Positions 52,365 through 64,000 of a stretch of DNA of 64,000 nucleotides are shown one piece after another. The notes under the pieces are model-generated. The model was not told the origin of the DNA, ran no database searches, and was given only the letters and a program-made list of their open reading frames with translations. Position numbers and translations under genes: made by a program. The number at the start of each line of letters is the position of its first letter. The stretch's first letter is position 1. The stretch lies in assembly GCA_951406725.2 (NCBI GenBank), contig OX597815.1, positions 31,992,001 to 32,056,000 of the forward strand, given 5' to 3'. The DNA comes from Octopus vulgaris. Taxonomy: Eukaryota.

Positions 52365-53159
52365 TAGGTGACTCAAAGAATTGAGATGCACAGCCTTCTT
52401 GATTTAGCATTTGTTGTTGCTCTTGTCGTTCTTACAGTTGTCGTCGTTGTTGTTGTTATTGTTTAGTCACAAGTTATCTTTAATCGAGCAGGCATGTGAT
52501 CAAATATGTTTCAACTGTGATCATCTCGTTTTGGGGGTCTTTTTGGTTTTTTTGGTGGGATGGTTATGTACCCAGGATTACATCGTTGTATTCTATTTTA
52601 AGACAGCTGGGTGTGATTTGAGATATGTTTCGTTGCTATATATCGCAGGTTCGTCCTTGGATACTGTAGTCACAGAGCATCACAAATTAGACATCGAAAG
52701 AGCCAACGAGAGATCCTCTACGAAGTAATCGACCTACTAAAAGCAACAACCAAATATCCCTCAAGTTATTTTACAGTCTTAGGAAAAATGATGTACCCAA
52801 GAATACGTTGTACTGTAGATTTGTTTCCTAACTAGAATACGCTTCGCTGAGGAGGCTTAATGAAACTGAAACATGGCCATTACTTCCACCAGATAGCTTT
52901 AAAAATTTGATCCATCTCTATCTGCATTGTCTATTTAGTCCCTAAGCGTTGAACCAACTGGTTTTGTAGGGGTTATCCCCCTGCTTATCGTTGTTCAGAT
53001 TTTAAATAATCCTAGAGGGTCTTTTCGTACTAATTGGATAATCTCGGTTGATCAAAGTTTCCAACTCTCTGTGTTGCGAATGTGTCACCTGGCCATATTT
53101 GTTCAGTAAGGGTCGACTTGGGGCCAAACAACAACAGATTGACAATGAATTAGTATAAG

Positions 53160-53406
53160 TGGAGGCGAGTGGCTTAGTGGTTAGGGTGTCAGTATCATGA
53201 TCGTAAGATTGTGGTTTCGATTCCTGGACCTGGCGACGCATTCTGTTCTTGAGCAAAACACTTCATTTCACGTTGCTCCAGTCCACTCAGCTATCAAAAA
53301 TGAGTAACGCTGCGATGGACTGGCGTCCCGTCCAGATGGGGAACACATACGCCATAGAAACCGGGAAACTGAGCCCATGAGCCTGGCTAGGCTTTAAAAT
53401 GGCGCA
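53160..53406 (+). mobile_element. SINE family D
   Basis: Matches 41405-41662. Confidence 0.9.
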
Positions 53407-54030
53407 TTTTTTTTTAAAGACCTGATAAAGGACAACAAGAATGAGTACGACTTGGTAACATATTCCATGCTTTTGCTCATTGTTTTTGGTGTCTTTGTAG
53501 TAAAGAGCAGATATGGGTACCTTCCGAGCCCTCTAGCCTCCAACCTCCTTAACGAAGCGGATCAGTCAAGTTGCGGCATCTGGAAGGAAAGTGGGGAAAC
53601 GCCAGTTGTCGGTGGATACTCATTACAGCTGAATAGATAGGAGCCAAGTGAAATAAGAGCTTTGCTGGTCCAGGAATTAGACCTGTGACTTTGTGATCAT
53701 GAACCGCACACACTAACCAGTAGGCTATGTACCTTCACTCAAAACTCTTTATGCGTTTATGAAATAATGTTTAATTTTTTAAAAATAAATATTCATAACA
53801 TCAATGTTTAACAAAATTTTTTTTGTTGTTGATTATTATATATTTTTATTTTATTCCGCCGAGGCCAACTTTGCTTTTATACTTTCGTGGTCGATGAAAT
53901 AAGTACCAGTTGAGTACTGGGGTCGATGTAATCGACTAGCCCTCGCCCCCAAATTTCAGGCCTTGTGCTTATAGTAGAAAGGATTATTATCATACTATTG
54001 TATTCTTGAGTTAATTAAATAATTATTTCG

Positions 54031-54809
54031 GGCGACGAGCTGGCAGAATCGTTAGCACGCCGGGCGAAATGCTTAGCGGTATTTCGTCTGCCGCTACGTT
54101 CTGAGTTCAAATTCCGCCGAGGTCAACTTTGCCTTTCATCCTTTCGGGGTCGATTAAATAAGTACCAGTTACACACTGAGGGTCGATATAATCGACTTAA
54201 TCCGTCAGGCTGTCCTTGTTTGTCCCCTCTGTGTGTAGCCCCTTGTGGGTAGTAAAGAAATAGGCATTTCGTCTGCCGTTACGTTCTGAGTTCAAATTCC
54301 GCCGAGGTCGACTTTGCCTTTCATCCTTTCGGGGTCGATTAAATAAGTACCTGAGGTCGATGTAATCGACTTAATCCCTTTGTCTATCCTTGTTTGTCCC
54401 CTCTATGTGTAGCCCGTTGTGGGCAGTAAATAAATAGGTATTTCGTCTGTCTTTACGTTCTGAGTTCAAATTCTGCTGAGGTCGACTTTACATTTCGTCC
54501 TTTCGGGGTCGATTAAACAAGTACCAGTTACGCACTGGGGTCGATATAATCGACTTAATCCGTTTATCTGCCCTTGTTTGTCCTCTCTGTGTGTAGCCCC
54601 TTGTGGGTAGTAAAGAAATAGGTACTTGGTCTGCCGTTACGTTCTGAGTTCAAACTCCGCCGAGGTCGACTTTGCCTTTCATCCTTTCGGGGTCGATTAA
54701 ATAAGTACCAGTTTCGCACTGGGGTCGATGTAATCGACTTAATAAATCCGTTTGTCTGTCCTTGTTTGTCCCCTCTATGTTTGGCCACATGTGGACAATA
54801 AAGAAATAA
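54031..54809 (+). mobile_element. SINE family A tandem array: one head plus four 174-188-bp bodies
   Basis: Units start at about 54078, 54263, 54437 and 54621. Confidence 0.92.
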
Positions 54810-55419
54810 CTAAATAATTACTAGTAGAAACAGCAACCAAATCTACTTCAAATCACACGTTACTGCTTCATAAAAGAAAAGACCTATTGAATAGCACAAT
54901 CCAAGATACAAACTGCTAGCCAAAAGCAAAAAAGTAAAATAAGATTTTAAAACGGGATGGCCGCACATTGAACAGTTTTTCATCACAGGTCTGCTTAAAT
55001 AGAACAACTACAACAACAAACACAACCAGCAAAATTAATGATATTAACTACAACCGTAATTATATTTACTAACACAGCAACAAGAGCAGCCAGCGACAAC
55101 AGCAATCGATATTATTACCATCAATAGAATTAAGGTCTGGTTTAGACATTTCTGCATCCCTCCCACACCGGCACACACACAATAGACACATTCATACGCT
55201 CTGCTCCTCTCTTTTTCTCTCAGACACACTCCCTGTCTCTCTTGCTTCCACTTTATTCCTCTTACTCTTTATATCTTTAACTCTCTTCCTGTTTATCTGC
55301 CTCCCTCACTTTTCTCACTTTTCTCGTTCCCTTTCTCCCACCATCTTTCACTCCCTGCCTTTTGTTCATACATCTCTCTACCACCCACATCTAACATCTC
55401 CATCCTCGCTTTCTCACTT

Positions 55420-55462
<43 letters not shown>

Positions 55463-56247
55463 CTCTCTCTCTCTCTCTCTATCTATCTATCTATATCTCT
55501 CTCTATGTCTATCTGTCTGTCTTACTCTCACTCACTCACTCTCCATCTCTCCTTCGCCAAATGCTTGGATGTGGATTTAGATTTAGAAAAAGACCTTTTT
55601 CTTTTATACTTTTTCCTCCAGCCATATTTCTTCCAATAACATTCTAATGAAAACTGTTGATAAACACTTACAAAATATTGACATTACAAACAAAACACTC
55701 TCCGGACAGAACCCCAATAGAAGTGGTTTCATAAACTCTGATTTTTTTTTATGATTGCAAAACATAAAGTGGTAGAACAACTTTATACCATTTATTTGTC
55801 TGGCACTACAACGGGTTTTGTTTAATACAGACCCACCTTAAAAGAAAAAGAGGTGGCTGTTCACAGAATTTACAAGATTAAAGAATTAAAACAAATGTGT
55901 CGGTCAATATATCGTTTCTCTAGTCCATATTTCTCTGAAGCCAAAACTATCTACACCTTTAAATTTTTTTTTTTTTTCTGGGGCCCTCCTAGGGCTCATA
56001 AGACTGGTTATCCAGTTTCCATAGCTTATAAATGACCGGGATCCCAACATTTCCCCTGAATGGGGCGCCAATCCGTTGCAGTGTTTAAGGCCAGCAATTT
56101 TGACGTGAGGGGCAAATCGACTACATTGAATAGTGTTTTATTTTATCAACCCTGAAGGGATGAAAAGTAATGTAAGCTTCGGTGGAATTTGAACTCAGAA
56201 CGTAAAGAGCAGGAAGAAATACCGTAAAATATTTTGCCCAACGATTC

Positions 56248-56820
56248 TTATTTCTTTATTGCCCACAAGGGGCTAAACATAGAGGGGGAAAACAAGGACA
56301 GACAAAGGGATTAAGTCGATTACATCGACCCCAGTGCGTAACTGGTACTTAATTTATCGACCCCCGAAAGGATGAAAGGCAAAGTCGACCTCGGCAGAAA
56401 TTGAGCTCAGACCGTAGTGGCAGACGAAATACCTATTTCTTTACTACCCACAAGGGGCTACACACAGAGGAGACAAACAAGGACAGACATAGGTATTAAG
56501 TCGATTACATCGACCCCAGTGCGTAACTGGTACTTAATTTGTCGACCTACGAAAGGATGAAAGGCAAAGTCGACCTCGGCAGAAATTGAACTCAGAACGT
56601 AGTGGCAGACGAAATACCTATTTCTTTACTACCCGCAAGGGGCTACACACAGAGGAGACAAACAAGGACAGACATAGGTATCAAGTCGATTACATCGACC
56701 CCAGTGCGTAACTGGTACTTAATTTATCGACCTCGAAAGGATGAAAGGCGAAGTCGACCTCGGCGGAATTTGAACTCAGAACGTAACGGCATGCTAACGA
56801 TTCTGCCAGCTCACCGCCTT
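56248..56820 (-). mobile_element. SINE family A tandem array: head plus three bodies
   Basis: Junctions at about 56433 and 56618. It abuts an older family A copy at 56085-56247. Confidence 0.92.
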
Positions 56821-58009
56821 ATACAGTTTATATTCATAGCTTATAGTTCCACCATCATAGTTGTATCATCGTAATTCTTTGTAGCTTACGGTTTATATTT
56901 ATAGCTTATAGTTCCATCTTTATAGTTCATTTCAAATAGTCTTTCATTCCAACAATGGTCCGTCTGTTTATTACATTTAGTCGGGAGGTGCTATGAACAC
57001 GTAGGCTTGAGGTAATTTACTGGCGAAGTGAGTTCACAGCCGCATCTCAATTTCAGGTTGTAATCATTTCACTTCTTTTTCATCACTAAGTCTCTTGAGA
57101 AAAGCATGGATGCTGTGTATTCTCATTTGTTTTCGTCAATAAATATGGAAAAGTGTGCTTCCTTAAGAGATCAGTCAGTGAGGGGAAGGAATGGAAGGTT
57201 CCATGACATCTTCTACTTCTTTCTTAAACGAAGAAATTATTGATTCTTAGACGATGTTTGGGTTGTTAATGGTTTAGCATGAATTACTGCAAATTTCTGG
57301 AGGGTGCGACTGTACGGCGATAACTTGTCCATGAACTGAGCCAGTGGTACATTTTCTATTCACTTTAATGGTGCAGTTAATTTTATTGATGAAAACTTAA
57401 ATTTTACACCTAACCGCTGCCTCTTCTCTAGATCTTACATGTCATTTCCATTATAAAAGCTATAGGAGACAAAGGACTTCTGAAAATGTTTCCACCGGGA
57501 CAATAACCATCTTTCTTAATATTATACATTCTTTTTAATTATGTTTTTCCTCCCCGCAAAGTCACCACCCGTTGATTAGACGTCACCCACATAAACAAAA
57601 TTTATGCGGATGAATATTTTACTTCATCATATTCTTCATTCTCATAGTACATTTTAAACAGCTATTGTTATCTCACGCAATATTTTCTATAGAATATCAT
57701 AAACTACCTCCTGCAGTCTAATAACTTCCATTATTTTGCATAACATTCCTTCGTTTAAAGACGATAGATGCTTGGTTGTTTTGTTTGCTTTCTAATTTGT
57801 ATAATTCATTTTATTGATTTTTAATGTGCGTTGCAAAACAAATTCCAAGACACAAAAAAAATCAATTTCAATGCGTTATTGCATTATGTGTAAACAATTA
57901 AAGCATATTGCAACTAAAGCATATTAAAAGGTTTCGTATCAAACAATCTGACAAAACACTGAGTACACGTAATTCGATTTTTTCTTTCATATAATAATGC
58001 TAATGAGTT

Positions 58010-58212
58010 CCAAAGTTTGGCACGAGGCCAGCAATTTCGGAGGAGGGAGAAGACATTTAAATCGACCCCAGTGCTCAACTAGTACTTTTTTTTTTTATCG
58101 CTGAAAGGATGAAAGGCAAAGTCGACTTCGGCAGAAATTGAACTCAGAACGTAAAGACGAGGGAAATGCCGCAAAGCATTTTTTTCCAGGAGTGCTAACA
58201 ATTCTGCCAGCT
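58010..58212 (-). mobile_element. Diverged SINE family A copy
   Basis: Core aaggatgaaaggcaaagtcgac and the head. Confidence 0.8.
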
Positions 58213-58828
58213 ATTTCTAAATTTGGAAGAAATGTAGGTTAAGACAAGTCAAACTGTAGAAATTTTGATTAGTAATAGTTCAAAAAATAAAACAACTATA
58301 TCAACATAGTGAAATCTTTGACTGAAACAAAGATTTCTACATCTTCAACGTACCACTCTCTTAAATAGATCATTTCTATCTGCGAACGTCTTCATGATTT
58401 GTAGTGCCGCATTTGATGGCATGAAAGACATGTTAAATTTGCCCCGACTTCAGCAACGCCAATTCAGAAAAAAAGAAGTTTTTAGTGTATAGGACCCGGT
58501 GTGATTTTTGGATCATCCTTTTGCCATTAAATATGGTAATTTACGGTCATGAGGGTATTTTAATAATGTATACAAAACGAAATGCCTTAAATAATGGTTC
58601 CAAATTTTTAGCACAAGGCTATTAATCAATTATCGTTGGGTATTAATCAATTATATCAATCACAGTATTTGACTGGTATTATTTCTATTGACCCTGAAAA
58701 GATGAAAGGCAATGTTGACCTAGGTGTAATTTGAATTCTGAACGTGAAGGACACTAATTCTATATCTATCTATCTATCTATATATCTATCTATCTATCTA
58801 TCTATCTCTCTATCTATCTATCTATCTA

Positions 58829-58894
<66 letters not shown>

Positions 58895-58897
58895 TAT

Positions 58898-59103
58898 AAA
58901 GGGAGAGTTTACGAAAAAAACAAAAGACGAAGGCAGGTGGTGTACAAAACAAACAAATGTATTAGTATAACGCTCAGGAATAGAAAAAGTCTTTTACGTT
59001 TCGAGCCTACGCTCTTCTACAGAAAGGGACACAGAAAAAAAACAAGGAGAGAAAAAGGGAGAGAAAAAAAATGTGTGTAGTGGCTAACGATCTATCATGG
59101 CGA
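58898..59103 (-). mobile_element. Penelope-like pLTR remnant with a hammerhead-like motif
   Basis: Abuts (TA)n. A diverged reverse copy lies at 61985-62175. The motif is at 58991-59026. Confidence 0.5.
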
Positions 59104-59104
59104 C

Positions 59105-59615
59105 TGAATAATTGAAATATAAAAGTTTTATTGCATATTTATACAGTTTTACACATTCCTTTTGCTTATGTTAGATCTTTCTGAAATGTATAAATTTATA
59201 TTCTGTAGATTTTACAATGCTTTTCTTAATATAAAACTTAGATAAAACTTAGATATGTTTCGACCAAAGATTGGTCCAGGCCATGTCTAACTTAATAGCA
59301 CCACCTGATAGGATTATTCGAATCCTGTTTAAGTCAAGTTTTGCTTATGGTCCATTCAAGTAGTGAGTCCTTGTTGGGTGAGTTGTATCCAATTATGGGT
59401 GGCTTATCTGGTATTCTTTGAAGGAATCTATCCAGACTCCGTTTAAAGTTGATGGGATCCTTTTCCTCTTTGATCTCTTTCGGGACAATGTTAAATAGGG
59501 CAGGGCCTGTTGAGGAAAAGAAATTATGTTGCAGTGTACATGTATGCTGTGATCTTGAATTGGGTAGGGGACGTATGGCCCGAGGTCCCAGTCTTGGATC
59601 AAATACTTTTACCAT
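59105..59615 (-). mobile_element. CR1/L2-group LINE 3' end (ORF2 C-terminus plus 3'UTR)
   Basis: Translates as PRLG..TLQHNFFSSTGPALFNIVPKEIK..FKRSLDRFLQRIPDKP..GY..DSLLEW. Confidence 0.8.
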
Positions 59616-60719
59616 TAGATATGTCAGGGTTTAACAAACACACACAGCAATTCAGTTGTGGCTCAACCGGCTGATAACAGCAGCAAAAAACTCACAACTA
59701 TAACAGATCGAGAGACTGCATAGCGGCTCCGCTGATGATAGCTGACATAGAGACACACAGCAACGACAACAACAACAGCAATGAGTACTAACAACAACAA
59801 CAACGTTAAGACACGTAAACTAAAAACAAAAAAACGTGTTTTTTTTTTCAGATTATCGAATCAAATTTCTTGACTTAACTGATCAAAGTGTCAATCAATG
59901 AATAATCGATCCCTTTCAGTTACTGATGAAAACTCTAGGATCCAATTGTTTACCTTGCAGTACTCTCGACTAGTGTTGAACTGAGTATTACAAACCAACC
60001 TATACAGGTCAGTTTTAAATATTGCCAAAGAAGTTCCTAAAATTTTCTGGCTGTGCCCCCTCCCTCCGGCACCCTGCCCACATTCCTAGCACCCTCCTCA
60101 CCCTCCCCACCACAAATATAGGCCACTTTCTGCAGCAAATTCAAAATAACTGTATTTCACAAAAAGAGCTTAAACCTAATTAATGTATTAATATTTTTAT
60201 TTTACATCTGTCACCCCATTATCATCCCACCTTTCTTCCACGGCTCTAGGTCAATCTTAGTCAAGAAGACATATAGTCAAAAGCACTCCAACCGTGGCCC
60301 ACTCGTCTTATTTTTAGAACTACATTATTAAGTACGTCTTTTTATTTCCGAATGTTATGGGGTTGGAATCTGAGACAAATTTCATTTCTTTTGCTAGTAA
60401 GGCTAGATGTTTCGTGCAGTCAACCTCCTTATCGCATACATATCACAAAGTATTCTTCGCGCTGTATAAGGAGAGAAAATGCTTCATCCGTTGGTTCCTA
60501 AGTTTAGCCGGATAATATGTGGACCTATGGATGGATGGTATAGGAGTTCGCTTTGCAGTTATAAGATTCCAAGTAACTTGGGGAAAATTGTCATTGGAAA
60601 AATGATGCATTTCCAATTGTAATATGAGCAATCGCGTTTTTGCAACTCAATCTACTTGAAAATTATATTAGAATACAACTGTATGTACCCTATGCACATA
60701 CACATACATATACACAATT

Positions 60720-60754
<35 letters not shown>

Positions 60755-60802
60755 GTATGTTTATATATGTATATATGTGTATATATATGTGTGTATGTAT
60801 AA

Positions 60803-60853
<51 letters not shown>

Positions 60854-60939
60854 ATAATATAATAAATATTAGGGAATAAATCCAAACTTACAGGGAAAAA
60901 TCAGATTTAGGATTGAATCCAATTTTATAGTAAAATATT

Positions 60940-61176
60940 ATATTATATTAAATTAGAGACAAAACCACTATTAGGCAAATCAAACAATGAAAGACTTAAG
61001 CCAATACATATGATTAATTTATATTATTTAAATATGTAACAAAATTATTAAAAAATATAATTAATTATATTTTTTAATAATTTTGTTACATATTTAAATA
61101 ATATAAATTAATCATATGTATTGGCTTAAGTCTTTCATTGTTTGATTTGCCTAATAGTGGTTTTGTTTCTAATTTA

Positions 61177-61185
<9 letters not shown>
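60940..61185. repeat. Spacer-less palindrome with arms of about 120 bp
   Basis: Centre tataatt|aattata at 61062/61063. The arms match apart from about 2-3 differences. Confidence 0.9.
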
Positions 61186-61221
<36 letters not shown>

Positions 61222-61229
<8 letters not shown>

Positions 61230-61331
61230 GAAAATGGAGAAATACATCTAAATCAATTATCAACTACCAGATAATGGTATTATCTGGTAGTTGATAATTG
61301 ATTAAGATGCATTTCTCCATTTTCTTATTTT
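61222..61331. repeat. Palindrome with arms of about 53 bp and a 3-nt loop
   Basis: aaaataagaaaatggagaaat..ccagataat-ggt-attatctgg..atttctccattttcttatttt. Confidence 0.9.
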
Positions 61332-61516
61332 GTACTATTAATTTGTGGTAAAACATTTTACCTTTGCCCATATAATACAGTAAATGAATTAATTGCATCG
61401 CAATTCTTAACATTTATGTATTAACTTCGTTGGGTACTTCACTAGCAGTATATTGGATATATGTTATCCCATGGAGGGTTGCATTTACAACCCCTATCTC
61501 AATTTGTAACTGTATA

Positions 61517-61570
<54 letters not shown>

Positions 61571-61634
61571 CTACTGGTTTTAAATTGATATTAATTAAAT
61601 TAATATTCAATTTATCTCCCTCATTATTTAAATG

Positions 61635-61682
<48 letters not shown>

Positions 61683-61912
61683 GTGTATATGCATATGTAT
61701 ATATGTGTATATATATATGTATATATATATATGTATGTAAGTATATATGTATGTATATATGTATGTATATATGTATATATATGTATGTATATATGTATAT
61801 ATATGTGCATGTATGTATATGTATGTATATGTATATGTGTGTGTATGTATATATATATGTGTGCATACATATATGTGTATATACATATATATGTATATAC
61901 ATATATATATGG

Positions 61913-61967
<55 letters not shown>

Positions 61968-62189
61968 TACATATATATGTATGTGATTGATCGCTAGCCA
62001 CTAAACCTTTTTTTATTTTCTCTCTCTGCTTATTTCTATGTTCCTTTCTGTAAAAGTGCGTGGGCTCGACACTTAAAATACTTTCTCACTTCCCGAGCGT
62101 TAAACTAATACATCTGTTTGTCGTTTACACACCCGTCTCCGTCTTTCGTTTTGTTATTTGTAAATTCCAACTACATATATGTATATATG

Positions 62190-62770
<581 letters not shown>

Positions 62771-64000
62771 TATATGTATATACATACATATGTATATACA
62801 TAGACATATGTATATACATAGACACACATACACAGACACATACACATCTTAGGATGAGTAAGTGGTTCCGTTGATTGGACACTGCAACACTCATACTTAG
62901 AATCACGCATGAGACGAGCCAATGAGAGTACCTCTTTGAAATCGCTCAACATGTTAGGAGCAGCAACCAAAATCGCCATCAAATAACACTGTGTTGTCTC
63001 TAAAAAAAAAGAGAGGGGGCATTAAACAATACGGTCCTAAGCTATACAAAACGTCTTGGTGGGACAAATCAGAAACAGCAACGATCGACACGTGAGCTCA
63101 TCAATATAGATAGGGCTGATGTGTTTGGAAAGTTAGCACATGAATACATGTATACTTATACACACACCCTCACACACGTGTATGGTGGGGTGTAAAACAC
63201 ATATAAATATTCATTTATAATGTATATGCATTGATGTCAGTGGACTTGTGAACACATCATTGGCATGGAATGTGTCTACGAGCCTATCAATTATGCACTG
63301 TGTTGGTGATAAGTCTGGAGAGCGACATATGATAATTTATCCCGAGTCTAGAATCGCATATGATAATTTATGACCATAAAAACAATTTATTGTTCCGATA
63401 TTTTGTGAACGAAATTTGAATGAACGGCATCACACGCACGTGCGCGAACACACACACACACACACACTTACATATACACACACATGCATGCACACATACA
63501 AACGAACAAATGTAAATACACCATTTCATTATACAGCGCGAAGAATACTTTGTGATATGTATGCGATAAGGAGGTTGACTGCACGAAACATTTAACAAAA
63601 GTTTCTGATATAAGCTTGTAACTACATACATACATACATACATACATACATACACACACACACATACATACATACATACATACATACATACATACATACA
63701 TACATACATACATACATACATACATACATACACGCATACACACACACATACACACACGGTCTTTTGCAAACACCAACAGCAAAAGGCATCCAAGTGAGCC
63801 GCCGTCCTCCAGTTATGGTTGCACTATAAGGCTTAAAGAGCCGCGAAAACGAAACACTTTTGCTGTTGATATATTAAATTTCTGATGCGTTTACAGTGTT
63901 GTATTTCAACGTTGAACTTGTAGTACAGAATATTCTATAGACTTTTATCTTAGCCAACACTGTATATCTAAACAAAGTGTATATAAAGACAATATATGTT

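Noticed and set aside
52840-52885. CTGAGGA..GAAAC hammerhead-like words
   Set aside because: Stems I and II cannot be formed convincingly.
54031-54809. CRISPR-like appearance of regularly spaced palindromic repeats (gtcgat..atcgac)
   Set aside because: Whole units of about 185 bp repeat with no unique spacers, there are no cas genes, and the context is a eukaryotic SINE.
57290-57345. Minus-strand YPPYS..APS, reminiscent of the mariner transposase YSPDLAP motif
   Set aside because: It is too short, needs a deletion to align, and no flanking transposase motifs are recognisable.
59250-59292. gaccaa/ttggtc stem followed by GAAAC on the minus strand
   Set aside because: There is no CUGANGA core. 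It is more simply a LINE 3'UTR stem-loop.

Overview
This is AT-rich animal genomic DNA, not prokaryotic. The SINE families and extreme microsatellite load point to a coleoid cephalopod, most likely Octopus (inference). Nearly all ORFs in the track are microsatellite artefacts. The only plausible host coding piece is a 3'-terminal exon at about 4487-4653 (+) with no recognised product. The rest is mobile-element debris: at least four tRNA-derived SINE families, a Helitron remnant with a broken Pif1-like helicase plus several non-autonomous Helitrons, LINE fragments (Tx1/L1-like, R4/Dong-like, RTE-like, CR1/L2-like), MITEs, a probable solo LTR, Penelope-like remnants in (TA)n tracts and a short 18S rRNA fragment. 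The most notable observations are: (1) a SINE whose tail matches the 3' end of a Tx1-like LINE and which forms tandem arrays with one fixed junction inside its own head; (2) variant minimal hammerhead-like motifs, two of them in a fold-back palindrome; (3) several long near-perfect palindromes; (4) head-to-tail Helitron chains with mixed termini. Coordinates were read by eye and repeat boundaries are approximate. No searches or folding programs were run.
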